The position numbers and the translations under genes are program-made. Positions 11,989 through 24,500 of a DNA stretch of 64,000 nt are shown one piece after another. The stretch lies in assembly GCA_010015805.1 (NCBI GenBank), contig ML978127.1, forward strand, positions 124,001-188,000, read 5' to 3'. The notes below the pieces were generated by a model. The model ran no database searches and was not told the DNA's origin. It worked only from the letters and a program-made list of their open reading frames with translations. Every line of letters begins with the position of its first letter. The first letter of the stretch is position 1. The stretch is from Rhizodiscina lignyota (Eukaryota).

Positions 11989-13943
11989 TCACAGAGTTAC
12001 GACGCTTGCATCCAGTACGCCCTCGTCTCCAATCAAACCCGCAACAACGTCACTATCAACCAGCTTATTCACTCCTAGAATCATCAATGCTTCATTCGCG
12101 CCTTCATGTACCCCTCCGTTTTCACTCTCCTTGCCCGCTCTCACGTCTTCCCCGATCAGACTCTCATCCACGGGTGCGACGGCCATGAACTTGATATTTA
12201 CGTTTGCCTCACCCAGCTTGTTCCCCACATATCCAATCTTGCCCGCCCTGTCAAAGTTGCGGCAGATCAGCAGATTACCGTGGGGAATGAAGTTCGTGCT
12301 GAACCGGCCCAAGCGGCTTATATACGGCGTATTCGCGCTGACATATCCCTGAATGACTTGATCGCCTAGGCCAGTTTCTCGCTCGTCCCTCTTAGTACGC
12401 GACGCCATCGCCACCCGCTGCCCCTTCTCTTCCATTGGGCTCAAAGGCGGCTGCTCCCGTGCCGCTGAGGCCGAGCGCGAAAGCCGGGCCTTCAGAGTGA
12501 TGAAGCTGCTGTAACCCTTCTCGTCGACGTTCTCTCGGCTGCGCTGCTCGTTCACTAGGATACCGCGCTCCTTTGCGATGATCTCTGCATTCACCAAGTT
12601 CACATTGATGCCCTCCGGACCTAGGATCGGGCCAAGTAGGCCCTTCACAAGTGCCGCGAACAATGGCTTTGTCGTATTCAGTTCTGCCAGCGCACCTTCA
12701 TAGGTAAGGTCGAAGGTTGTGCGGAAATTCTTGCCTGGTGCATGACCTTTGGCTCCCGTAGCATAGAGTTGTGTGTACACGCTGCCCATTTTCTCGACTA
12801 GCTCGACGAACGGCCGTAGCGTGCGGTACTCCTCGGGCAAAATGAGCGGTGCATTGACTGCACTACGAGGCAGCTGTCCAGCCAGGATGCTGATGACCTG
12901 CTCACACACGTCGATGGACACGTTCTCCTGCGCCTCGACAGTGCTCGCACCAAGATGTGGCGTCGCAACGACTTTCGGATGCTGTATAAGTTTGGTAGCT
13001 GACGAGTCCGGTTCTGGTGGCTCAGACGTGAAGACATCGATCCCCGCTCCAGCAATCGTACCCAATTCTAGAGCAGTGAGCAGTGCGGTCTCGTCATAGG
13101 TGCCACCGCGAGCGACATTGAGAACGCGCGCAGTGGGCTTCATGGTTGCAAGCTCTTTCGTGCCAATCATGCCCTTTGTAGAAGCGATGAGCGGTGTGTG
13201 AATTGTGAGGAAGTCGCACTGTGGGAGAAGATCTTCAAGAGTGGGGACTAGGGCGACAGAGGCAGCGGCGGCAAGAGAAGGGTTCGCATAGGGATCGTAG
13301 GCTATAAAAGTCATGTCGAAGCCACTAGCGAGGCGTGCTACGGTTAAGCCGACTGGAAATATCAGGTCAAAAGAACATAGCGGAGGTCGAAAGAGCGAGA
13401 TTCATACCCTTGCCCAAACCAATGATACCCAGAGTCTTGCTCTTCAATTCGACGCCAACTAATCGACCCCTCTCCCACTTCCCAGCTTTGAGACTTGCAC
13501 AACCATCGCCAATGTTTCTCGCAACCGCCATCATCACTGTAAGATACATGTCAGCATTTCTGTATGCCCTCTTTATGCAAAGTCCATCACCCACGAGCAA
13601 CCGTATGCTCAGCTGCAGCATTGATGTTCCCACTAGGCGAATTGACCACAATAATTCCCCTCTTCGTCGCTGCCGCAACGTCCACATTGTCAACTCCCAC
13701 ACCTGCCCTCGCCACAACCTTCAACTTCTTTGCCGCCTCAAGCACAGCAGCCGTGACCTTAGTCTCTGACCGGACGATTAAGGCTTCATATTCAGGTATT
13801 ATCTCCAATAACTGCTCCGGCGAGAGCCCTTTTCGCTCGTGGACATCAAGGGAGGCTTGCAGTAGCTGGAGGCCATCAGGCGAGACTTTCTCGGGGATGA
13901 GAACTTTGGGGCGGTTGGAGGCGGAGTCTAGAGGAACAGGCAT
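11989..13943 (-). CDS. D-3-phosphoglycerate dehydrogenase, long type with C-terminal regulatory (ACT-like) region (3 exons)
   Basis: VVARAGVGVDNVDV, TLGIIGLGKVG (split by an intron), LNVARGG and ATPHLGAST motifs. Introns approx. 13537-13594 and 13354-13407. Confidence 0.92.
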
Positions 13944-14134
13944 GCTGAAAGAGTTGCATATACTATGCCTGGAAAGTTCAAGAAGAAGTCAAGAAGTAAC
14001 TTCAAAATTGAGCGGCGTTCTGCAGATCAGCAGGAAGGCTCAGTTTGCTTTACTCCGCAATCGGCCAGGGCGGGTAGCTGCAGGAGCGATGGGGGCCCCG
14101 CGCGGGGTAATCTGCGTGAAGAATGACGCTGTGA

Positions 14135-14140
14135 GAGTCA
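14135..14140 (-). promoter_or_regulatory. Possible Gcn4/CpcA core site TGACTC about 190 bp upstream of the serine-biosynthesis gene
   Basis: GAGTCA on the + strand. Consistent with cross-pathway control of amino-acid genes, but it is a single hexamer. Confidence 0.3.
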
Positions 14141-14253
14141 GCCTGCTAAACGAACTCAAAATACAATTGTCTGAAGAGAGGAAGAGGCCGCTTTTACGAT
14201 TGTGGGGAATCCTAGCGATTGAATTTGTTCTATCATTACACTGTTCTGTGAAG

Positions 14254-15468
14254 CTACCAATTTGAGCGATTCTTCAGCTTCTCGTTCTGAATGATCTCGA
14301 CCCAATAACCATCAGGGTCTGTAAGAGTCAGCGGTGTACGTTACGATGCAACGAGAATGATTTATCATTGAACTTACCAAGCACAAATGCGACGTTCTTC
14401 ATCCTGCCATCAGTCAACCTCTTCTTCCAATTGACCTTCAGGTCCTCAAATCTCTGGCACGCTGCGTCAAGATCGTCGACCGCGACAGCAATGTGGCCAA
14501 ATCCCTGTGGCTCAGCGTTTCCATCGTGATATTTGAAGTCGGGGTCGTTCTCCGTCCCATAGTTCCAGGTCAACTCCAGGAGACCTTCCCGGTCAGCCGT
14601 GGAACTGACACCATTTGCTGACTGTTCAGGAGCCGGTGGGCCATAACCGTAGAAGTAGAGGGTGAACTTGGCGGCGGCGTTCTCAGAGACGCGCTTAAGC
14701 GACATGCCCATGACTTTCTCGTAGAATTCCTTCGACTTTTCGGGGTCCTTGATGCGAATCATCGTGTGGTTCTTCGACAAGTTAGCAGGTAAAATAAATC
14801 CAACAATAGCAACACAAACCATTCTGTAGGTGGACAGGTCCGTTGTCGTGATGTTCTCGGTCTGCTCCAAGGGCTTCTGTCCTATGATCTCAACCCAGTA
14901 GCCTGACGACTCATTAGCACACTGAATGACTTCGAAGCGAGCCAACCATACTATCCGGGTCCAGCGCAAAGGCAATGTGCCTCATCCTCCCATCTGTGAG
15001 CTTCTTTTGAAACTTGTATCCAGCATCTTCAATCCTCTTGCACGCTGCTTGTATGTTGTCCACCGAAATACAGAGATGTCCGAAACCTCTAGGATCGGAA
15101 TTGCCATTCGCAATCTTATAATTGGGATCGTTCTCCGTGCCGTAATTGTGTGTGAGCTCTATCACACCTTGTCGATCCGTCCAATGGGCGGCATGCGAAG
15201 CAGCGGAAGGACTGTCGTACGCGAGGAAATATAGGTCAAACTTCGCGTCGGGATTCTCAATCTTGTTGATAAGCTTGAAGCCAAGGAGTTCATAGTACTT
15301 GACGGATTCTTTGGGATCCTTGACCCTCAGCATGGAGTGATTGAACTTGTACTTGGACGTGTCTGTCGCCATCGTTGCGAATCGGCGCTGAAGTAAGCTA
15401 CTGCTCCTTGTTGGAAGTGCAATTCTTGTAGGAAAGGTAGAACAGGCTCGCCAGCGAGCTAAGAGCAT
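14254..15468 (-). CDS. GLO1: Glyoxalase I (lactoylglutathione lyase), two-domain fungal type (4 exons)
   Basis: Two repeats: NHSMLRVKDP...ELTHNYGTE...GFGHLCISVD and NHTMIRIKDP...ELTWNYGTE...GFGHIAVAVD. Three GT-AG introns. Last exon DPDGYWVEIIQNEKLKNRSNW*. In-frame ATGs at 15468 and 15372. Confidence 0.95.
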
Positions 15469-16542
15469 GGAATAGACGTGAGAGTGATGGTGGAGAAGAG
15501 GAGTGAGAACTGAGGGGAAGTTTATCAGAGCTGCCGGATGGAGCTCGAGCTGTCCATGACGCATGCCGAACGTCGGGCAGTTCACCGTTACGAGTCGCGT
15601 AAGAGCCGCACGCTCTGCGCGTCTGAAGTGGAACACGCTCGGAAGAGTTTCCAGATTACTGCATGGCTAACGACTTGCGCGCTCGAGGGGATGCAGAATC
15701 CACCCCATCAGCCCCACTGCGCGTCCAATTGGCCCGGAAAAGCTTTAGGGGGCGGTATCGCAGCTGCTGCCACTTCGATGTCCAGCACCAGCCCTGCACC
15801 TGCCTGTCGAGTCGAGTCGCCCCTACCGACATTCACCCGCGGCGCGGACTCCAGCGGGAAGAGGCATCAGACTCTGTCAAACCGAGAAAGGCATTAGCAA
15901 ACAAGGCCAGAGTGCTTGATCTCCTGAATTATTACGCGTCAACCACTTCATGTGTTTCTATAACGAAGTCAGACCGCCGGAAAAGAGCTTTGGGCTGCAC
16001 AGATCGAGAAGGCAGTCACGCGAGCGCCGCGTTTGAATCTTGATATATCAGATTCACGAATAGTGACATCGCGAGCTTCACTCCCTATCTGCCCTCCACC
16101 TCAGGTGGGGCAACTTGAGCCGGTGAGTGCGGACATACGTCTTTCCATTTTGAGGCCAACTACTCGCACATAATATTCCCTTCCACAGATCAAAGTCTTC
16201 AATATTCGTTCCCTCGAATGCCTTTTCCCCTCACCATCATCTCCTGTGCGCTCCTCAAACCCCTATTTCTGCATTCTGTGTTTACCTCTACCTTCTCCAT
16301 CCGCTTCTCCTGCGTGTGGCTGCGCAATGGGCTCTGCAGTCTCCAATATGGCCAACCACACATTCGAGCACTGTTCCCTTGATCAGCTCCTTATCAAGAT
16401 AAAGAAGCACAATAACGGAGAGAAAGCAATACTGATATTCCGCGATACCACCAGTGGGCCGTTGGTTGGCCATTTCCGCCACTCATCCACACCTTTGAGC
16501 TCGAAGCAATTCGTTCTTCGTTCCCCTAGCTCCACAGGCACC

Positions 16543-17225
16543 ATGTTCGACGCAATCAAGATGAGCAGATTTCTCACCAACAATGTTGATGAAGATCTCT
16601 TCCCTCGCATGTTGTATGTGGAACCTACAGGTCTCTTATATTAGCGGCTCACTACTCCATAAGCATCATGACACCCAACGGAAATCTTTTGGCCTATTCA
16701 ACACCCGCAGACACCAAATCTCTCAGAGACCGGGCCGCTCTGATCTCTGTCGCATGGAAGGAGCGTGAATCTGGGACGCGTAACCGCAGCAGCAGACCTG
16801 GCAGTCCGGCCAGTGCTGCTAGCAGCGCCATTTCCACTGGCAGCCTCGAGACCATAACGATCGAAGTTGACACCAGCACCATTATGGTGCGTGCGATTCA
16901 GCCGAACCTGTTGTTCGTCCTTATCGGCGCAGCACTGCCGAATCAGAAACAGGACTTCAAGGTCTTTGGGGAGCTGCATGGGCCATTGCACTCGACTCGT
17001 TCAGGCTTGTCAGAGGATTCGAAATCAGCACTTGGATCACTGCCACGTGGATCACCTTCGAAACACTCGACATCGAATGCCAGCACATTCAGTCAAAAGG
17101 AAAAGGACGTCAAAAATGGCCTGCTTCAGATTCAGCGGAAGAAACTTGACGCCATGGTGCAATTCTTGCGCCAGAATTTCGACAAGGCTGGGTTTGTCTT
17201 GCCATCCAATCACCCATTGGTATAA
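16543..17225 (+). CDS. Conserved fungal protein, Roadblock/LAMTOR-like fold (2 exons)
   Basis: MFDAIKMSRFLTNNVDEDLFPRM, intron 16614-16663, then FIMTPNGNLLAYSTPADTKSLRDRAALISVAW...IMVRAIQPNLLFVLIG. The pattern resembles roadblock-domain proteins. Confidence 0.6.
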
Positions 17226-18151
17226 CTTGACACTGAGAAGAAACCTCAAACACTCTCATGAGGAGCGCGCCCTGGGCTATCAAAGTCGATACAGCTTGGC
17301 CGGCTTTCAAGGCGTCCGAACGATTCACTTACACTGCATTGATTGTCACTTTATGTGTTTGGCATGAGCGTGGAATGCATCAAAGACGATACGAAATCCT
17401 GATAATGTACACTATTGCTGTACCTTTGCTTCCGGAGATACCACTGCTGCGATTCCTTTTCAATCATCTTGCACACGGCATTGCGCTTCAGCAACTCACT
17501 TCCCCAGCATCCTATGTTTTACTAGCGTCCTCACCCACTGCACATTGAATATCTGGCGAAAGTCCTCATCCTCTTCAGGAGTTTAATATTGTGGCGTTCA
17601 AGCAAAGATGGTTTTTCTGTACCTGTACAGCATACGGTTCTTCCCTTTTGGTTTTTTCCTTAGTAATGTAATCAGCGCAATAACGAATCAAGCGATACTG
17701 CTTTCTCAACTGGATGCCGTATGAACATCAGGGCGCCATAGTGCGATCTCTCGATCTAATATTCCGACGAGTCAAGGCCCTGGCATCCATGGATGCGATC
17801 TTAATTTACCGGAAGCAGTCTAGCGGCGGTCGACCATCGCTTGACGTAACCATGATGCTGCATGCACATTCTCACAATTGACCATGAAGATTGCCCATTT
17901 TCTCCAAACCCACTGCTCAACGCCTCAAAGCTTGACAAGAGGCCACATTATTACCAGAAGCCCCAACTGCATACTCTCCCCACCCCATCTGCACCATCCC
18001 GCCTTTGTGCAACCGCCAAGCGACCAATCCGCTCAGTCACCCCGCGCCTTCTCGATTCAAAGGACCTAGCAGATCCCAACGAGAAGTTAGGTTTCAGCTC
18101 GCCTCTCGCCCTATCTAAAAAGCAAGCCAGCCCCAGACATACTCCTCCAAC

Positions 18152-18773
18152 ATGTCCTCGCTCCTCCATACCGCCGCCTCTTCCCTCCGTACACCTCGCC
18201 TGATGGCAACCGCCGCTTTCCACCCCAGATCCAGCTATCGTCTCCGCTCGACATGTCCACCAGGGACACGAATTGCGAGCATTAGGCAGCAGAGTCAGGA
18301 GCAGAGATGTTTTCACGCTGGAACGAAATATGCATACGCGCAGAAAGACACGCAGGATAAGGACACCTTGAAGCCGAGGAGTACGCAGTACAGCCAGAGC
18401 GAGGGAGGGGATGACGCTGCGGCGACGGAGAGTGCATTTGATCCGAGCACCAGTAGTCCCGAGGAGTCGTCAAAGAAAGTGGAGAAGGAGAGTGGGGTGA
18501 GTAGACTGATTCCGTTGAAGTCGAGTTTCTGCTACACTGCTATCGAAGTCGAATGCTGTGAGTGCGTATGAGTCAACCATATGCTAACAATTGATCATTA
18601 TACAGGGTGAACCGATGGAAGTTAGCCCAGGCAACCCAGATGTGAGCAAGAGAAAGCCGGAGGAGAACCAGGCGACAGCGAAGAGTTCGAGAGAGGCCGG
18701 TGAAGGTAGTGACAGGAGTGCAACAAGCGGGAGAGGCAGCCCAAACAAGGCCAGTGGCGACAAGAGTGGATGA
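18152..18773 (+). CDS. Conserved fungal hypothetical protein with probable mitochondrial presequence (2 exons)
   Basis: Arg/Ser-rich, acid-free N-terminus. QDKDTLKPRSTQYSQS...AFDPSTSSPE and PMEVSPGNPDVS motifs. In-frame intron 18497-18605. Confidence 0.7.
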
Positions 18774-19125
18774 GTGAGCAGGAAGAGGTTTTTGATATGT
18801 GCATAGACGCATTCATGGACGGCGTACCAGGGCGTTATTGAGCGGCTGACACGATCGCAATGACAAAGGTTCGAGTGGAACGTTACATAACTATATTCAA
18901 ATCGACCGAAAGTTTAGGTATTGACAGAATAGGCAATTCATAGTGATACAGTTGCGAAAGTCCGTTCGAGGACATGGATCGGTATGTTCAACAAAAGACT
19001 TTTATTCGCCAAGCTATGTCTGCGCCATGCAATGCTACGCTCTGCTAAATGTTGATGAGACACAGTCACTGTGCAATTCCCGTTACCCCGAATATGCAGT
19101 ATTTACAAGCCAATCAGTGACCCTT

Positions 19126-20133
19126 CTAATGTTGCGGGATGAGAACACCACGATACCGCATTTTCCCCTCGTTCAGCACATCGAATGCCTTCTCAATGCC
19201 TTCCACGCTCAGCGGGAACTCGTTGATGATAGGCTTGATGCCGTTGCGCGCCGCGAACGCGAGCATATTCCTGTGTGAGAAGCGGGGAGCGACCAGAGAG
19301 CCCTGGACAGTAAGGCCCTTCATGATCATCGGCATGTACGGGATCTTGAAGTCGCCTTCCGCAACAGAGAGCGGGATGATCTTGCCATTGGCCGCCATGA
19401 GCGGGATGTACAGGTCCCAGTTTGGTTGGTCAGAGGCGGTGACGAGAAGGCAGTCGAGGGAGGACTGCAGCTCCTTATCGTTGATCGAGCTCTTGCCCTT
19501 TACAGCATAGAATTGGTTGGCACCTAAGCGGCGGGCCTCAGCCTCCTTGCTGTTAGTTCCGGAGAACACAACAGCCTCTGCTCCCATCTTAGACACGAAC
19601 TGAATGGCCAAATGGCCAAGGCCGCCAACGCCAATAATGCCGACCCTGCTGGTAGGACCAATGCCGTACAGCTCCATAGCGGCCCAGACAGTAGCACCGC
19701 CGCACATGAGAGGAGCGGCGTCAACATCACTCATTCCCTCGGGGATACGAAAGAGGAACGTCTCGTGCCAAACTGCGTGACTCCCCATGCTGCCTTGGTC
19801 GAAGTTCGCAGTGCCGTATATCTCGCGCCTCACGCAGAAAGTCTCGCGGCCCGTCAGGCACTCACGGCACTCGCCGCAGGAGTTTTGCAGATAGCCCCAG
19901 CCGACGCGATCGCCCTTCTTAAGGCTCTTTACATCTGGACCGATGGCCTCAACGACGCCGGCGCCCTCGTGGCCCAGACCTATATCCCGATGACGATGGT
20001 GAACGTCGGTGAAGCAGAGGCCGGAGGCGGTGATACGGACCAAGACTTGGTCGGCGGTCAGATCTGGTCTGGTCGTGGTAGTTTCGACGATAGAACCATC
20101 TTTGAGGCCTTTGAAGACTGTGAAAGATGGCAT
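19126..20133 (-). CDS. Zinc-dependent medium-chain alcohol dehydrogenase (cinnamyl-ADH-like)
   Basis: GLCFTD, GHEGAG, structural-Zn CGECREC...C, APLMCGGAT and GVGGLGHLA motifs. Single exon, 335 aa. Confidence 0.93.
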   Translation of the reverse strand: MPSFTVFKGLKDGSIVETTTTRPDLTADQVLVRITASGLCFTDVHHRHRDIGLGHEGAGVVEAIGPDVKSLKKGDRVGWGYLQNSCGECRECLTGRETFCVRREIYGTANFDQGSMGSHAVWHETFLFRIPEGMSDVDAAPLMCGGATVWAAMELYGIGPTSRVGIIGVGGLGHLAIQFVSKMGAEAVVFSGTNSKEAEARRLGANQFYAVKGKSSINDKELQSSLDCLLVTASDQPNWDLYIPLMAANGKIIPLSVAEGDFKIPYMPMIMKGLTVQGSLVAPRFSHRNMLAFAARNGIKPIINEFPLSVEGIEKAFDVLNEGKMRYRGVLIPQH

Positions 20134-21573
20134 TTTGCTCTTCGATGTAATCGATTGATATGTGAGGTTCGGATGGCTGTGGAGCTGGAGGTTAAGCCTT
20201 TTAATACTTGTGGCGAGACAATTGAAGCTTGCAACAGACGATATGAGAGTTCAACTGAAGTGCTGCGACGTGGTCACTGTTGTTTTGATTGAAGCAAAAG
20301 TTGATGATGGAAGCCTGATGGAGTTGAATTGACTAGACATATATATACAAACCTCTCATTGAAAGATGCTTCCTCTTTGACGTACAATGACGTTCATTGA
20401 AGTAATGTCTCCGTTGAATTTTGCTACTGAACGTCATGCAACGGAGTTGTAATGGCAGTACATTAGCAAGACAGCCAAGACAACCGAAGCAGCCTCGGAC
20501 GGGCGAGAGATGCGAAATAGAATAGTGGATCGTGCTTTCGAAGACCAATCCTCCGATTCTGACAAAGAGATATGTCAGTATGCTGCAGAGAAAGAATAGG
20601 AAGTTGAATTGCGATAAACGCATCGGCTAAGGGTCTGTACGGTATAACTAAGGCTCGGAGCAGGTCCGGATCTAGGGCTACGTACTCAGTAGAGACAGGC
20701 GAGGAGAAGAACATTGATCTTATTCGTGCTCCAGACCATGACATGTCTGCAAGGGGAGATCTCGGAGCGATATTTGACCTCGGAATCCTTAGAAGCGACT
20801 TAGGCGAGCAGCCGAATGCATCGCCACCCTGCAGAGTTGTCCTTCTGTAATGAGTATTGTACGTGAGTACAAAAGACGACTTTACCATTGCCGTGCCAGG
20901 CAGGCCGGAGCACGAAAGAGCTACGATGTTAGACTTGGATCGAATTGGCTGTTTTCCTCAGCAAGAGAACATGGCCAGATGGAGTTCTCTCGACCTAAGG
21001 TAAGTTTAGCAGTCATGGCAGCGCGTCAGAATCGACCCACGTGAATCGTGGGCTTGCCAGGGTCCAATTGAGCCTCACTCTGGTGGGAGTTGACGACAAG
21101 CTAAAGTAAACATCAAGCCTTCATTATCAAGCTCGGAGGATTACATCTCAACAGAATATACAGTAATCTCAGACCAGCTTCTTTCTGCGTGACGGAGGTC
21201 GGTGCCTATTATGGGGATTATCTTCGGGGACAAGGGGGGAGTTGAGGCAACCCTAACCCTGATATCCAATTCTTGGCACAAATTGCGTGCTTTCCGCAGA
21301 ATTCAACGCAACCCATTTTGCCCATGACAGGAAGTCGCGACCACACACAACCCGCTAAAACAGAATGCTCGGCTCAATGGCCGCCGTGAATTCCAAAGGC
21401 AAGCCGGCTGTCGGCCAATATCTTTTTGTCTGCTCCCAATTCGTCTCCATCTTCTCTCCTTCACTCTGGATACTTCCACGCCTTCGAACCACCTTCAGGT
21501 CGAGGCTTTTCCATTCCGAGTCGAGCGTGCTCTCTTTCGCCCCTTCTACTCTCTACTTGTCCACTCTTCCCTT

Positions 21574-24500
21574 ATGCATCTTGCACAATCCCAGGTGAAC
21601 GGCGCCGCCGTGTCACCGATAACCGAGCAGCAGGATGAGAAAGTTGTGCCAAAGCAATTCCAACAGCACTCTTCCAGTCTTCCATTCGGACAGGCCCTCC
21701 CTCTTTCATCCATCGGCGGACCGACGTACCTCACGCCGCAGACGTTGATTCAGCAAGTCGCCTTCACACTCTCCGACAAGCTGTTCACCTTCTCCCCAGA
21801 GACCTTCGACCTCGACGTTGCTGCGAAGCATTGGCAGAGCGAGGGAGGACGCAATGCATTCGGATACAATCCAGAAGTACGGTCTATGGATACCAGGGCT
21901 GGAGCTGGATCATTTGCCCTCGGCTACATGTTCTCCAAGGATTTTGACCTGTCGCGCCGGAATCATCCACAAAGCATTATTGCCCCGTCTTCCACTCTGG
22001 GCTTCTTGAGGCCAGCGCTGGAACAGCTCTCGCTGCTCTATTCTGTTGCGAATCCGTTGGTTGCTCATATTGCAGCTGTGGACTACTCCTCAGGCCTCGT
22101 CACGGATTACACGGCGGCAATGAACTTAGCGGAGGAGCTCGGCCTCGCTCTCGTTTCGAGCTCTTCGGCATATGAATCGCAACATATGTCTTTGCTAGCG
22201 ACACTTCTCGCAAGCTCCGTGCCTGCTATCCATGTCTACGATGGCATCACTGTTGGCAGAGAGACCACGAGAGTTGTTGACGTTCTGGACCAGTCGGGGC
22301 TGAAGAATACTTACAGCTCTATTCTCAAGGCTATTTATGATACGCCGAAGACGCCCACTGTCAAAAGCCCCACAGCAGTCAACATCCTCAACGCCTTCAA
22401 TGAGGAACTGGGGACTGAATACAAGCCATTCGAGTATCACGGCCATGAGAATCCAGACTCTGTATTGGTTGTCTTCGGCTCAGTCGAGGCGTCTCTGGCC
22501 TCCCAGGTGGCGTCTGCAATGGCCGAGTCTGGCGTCCGGATTGGCGTGATTAACGTGAGATTGTATCGCCCATTTATCGAGGAGGCCTTCCTTGAAGCCC
22601 TGCCAAAGTCTGCGTCGCATATCGCCGTGCTAGGTCAGGTCAGAGACGAAGCTGCCGTTGCCGATCAAACAGAGCACTCGCTGCTCTACATGGATGTTCT
22701 CGCTACAGTTACGTTTTCGTCTATTGTGAATTTGCCTGAAGTGGTCGATGTGAAGTATCCGAGGGAACAAACTTTCACTCCCAAAAAGATGGCAGAAGTC
22801 TTCCACAGGATGGCGGGTTCCAAGCCAGCTGCTACCGAGTCTCTGTCACTCCTGCGTGATAACGTTACACAGTACTCGTTCTGGAGCTTGGACAATTCAG
22901 CTTCTGTCACGGCTCCCATTGCTCTCGGTCAGCTGCTTTCTTCCGAGTCCACATCCAATGTCACTGTCCGCACTGGCCATGATAATTTTGTCCAAGGCGG
23001 AGCCGTACGAACCGATATCCGAAGTTCAAGCAAGTCCATTGAAGCAGCATATTCCGTCTCTGCTGCTAATGTATCATTCGTCGGTGACGAGAAGCTCCTT
23101 GGAGAGTTTGACATTGTAAACGGCACTACGACGGGTGGAACTTTGGTCGTCAAGCTACCAGGAGCTAAAGATGAGGACCTTGAGAAGAAGCTTCCAGTGG
23201 GCCTGCGCAAGGGCATTGTAGCAAAGGAGCTTCGCCTTTTTGTGCTCGATCCAACAGCCGTAGCAAAACTTGCAGAAGACGACTCGCTAGAGCCATACGT
23301 CACCCAACTCGCATTCCTGAAGGTCGCAAAAGGTGAACTGGGTCCAAAGCAGTTACAGAAGCTCGCCTCTATCAACGGCAGCACAGAGCTTCTCTCCGGC
23401 CTGGTTAATGAGCTTGAACAGGCTCTCCGTGAGGTGAAGATACCGGAATCATGGGCTACGATTGAGCCAGAAGTTGAGAGTATCACCCTGCCTACAGACA
23501 TCAAGGTCAACAGCTTTGCTGTGTTCGAAAAGATCGAGCCCGAACCACCGGCCTTGCTACGTGATTGGGTGATTGCCGCGAAGGGTCTCTCATTCAAGGA
23601 AGCTTATGCCACTCGTGACGCTCTCCGACCGGATCTTGGAATCCAGACCTGTGTCGCTCACGTCAAAGAGCACAGGAGACTCACATCTTTGACGTATGAC
23701 CGGAATATCTTCCACATCGAGTTCGATCTCGGTAATTCAGGCCTACAGTACAAGATTGGTGAGGCACTCGGCATCCACGCTGAGAACGAGCCAGAGGAGG
23801 TCAATGAGTTCATCAAATGGTACGGCCTCAACCCCGACGAGATCGTCGAGGTCCCAACGCGCGAGGACCCCAACGTCCTTGAAAATCGTACTGTCTACCA
23901 AGCGCTCCTCCAAAACGTCGATATATTCGGCCGCCCACCTAAGCGCTTCTACGAAGCCCTGTCCGAGTTCGCCAGCGATGAGAAGGAGAAGCAAAACTTG
24001 CTCACTCTCAGCACGCCAGAGGGCGCGGTCGAGTTCAAGCGTCGCGCGGAAGTCGACACCATCACCTTTGCCGATATCTTGCTCGAGTACCCGTCTGCGC
24101 ATCCGTCGTTCAACGATATCGTGCGCATTGTGAGCCCCATGAAGCGACGAGAGTACTCAATCGCATCGTCTCAGCGTGTCACTCCAAACTCCGTGTCCTT
24201 GCTCATTGTCACGGTCAACTGGGTCGATCCACGTGGCCGCGACAGATTCGGTCAGGCGACGCGCTACCTTAACCGCCTGCCTGTCGGTGCGCCAGTGACA
24301 GTCTCCGTGAAACCGTCTGTCATGAAATTGCCGACGAATACCAAAGCTCCGATCATAATGGCAGGCCTGGGAACTGGTCTCGCACCGTTCCGTGCGTTTG
24401 TCCAAGAGCGCGCCTTGCAGAAGGCAGAAGGCCACAAAATCGGCGCCGTGATGCTGTACATGGGCTCTCGACACCAGCGCGAGGAGTACCTGTACGGTGA

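Noticed and set aside
21038..21044. CACGTGA as a Cbf1-type sulfur-regulon site for MET10
   Set aside because: Single short motif. Filamentous fungi mainly use MetR/CYS-3, whose ATGRYRYCAT consensus was not found.
21248..21260. CAACCCTAACCCT telomere-like sequence as a telomerase RNA template or interstitial telomere
   Set aside because: Only about two units, located in the MET10 promoter, with no supporting pseudoknot or array. At most a transcription-factor site.
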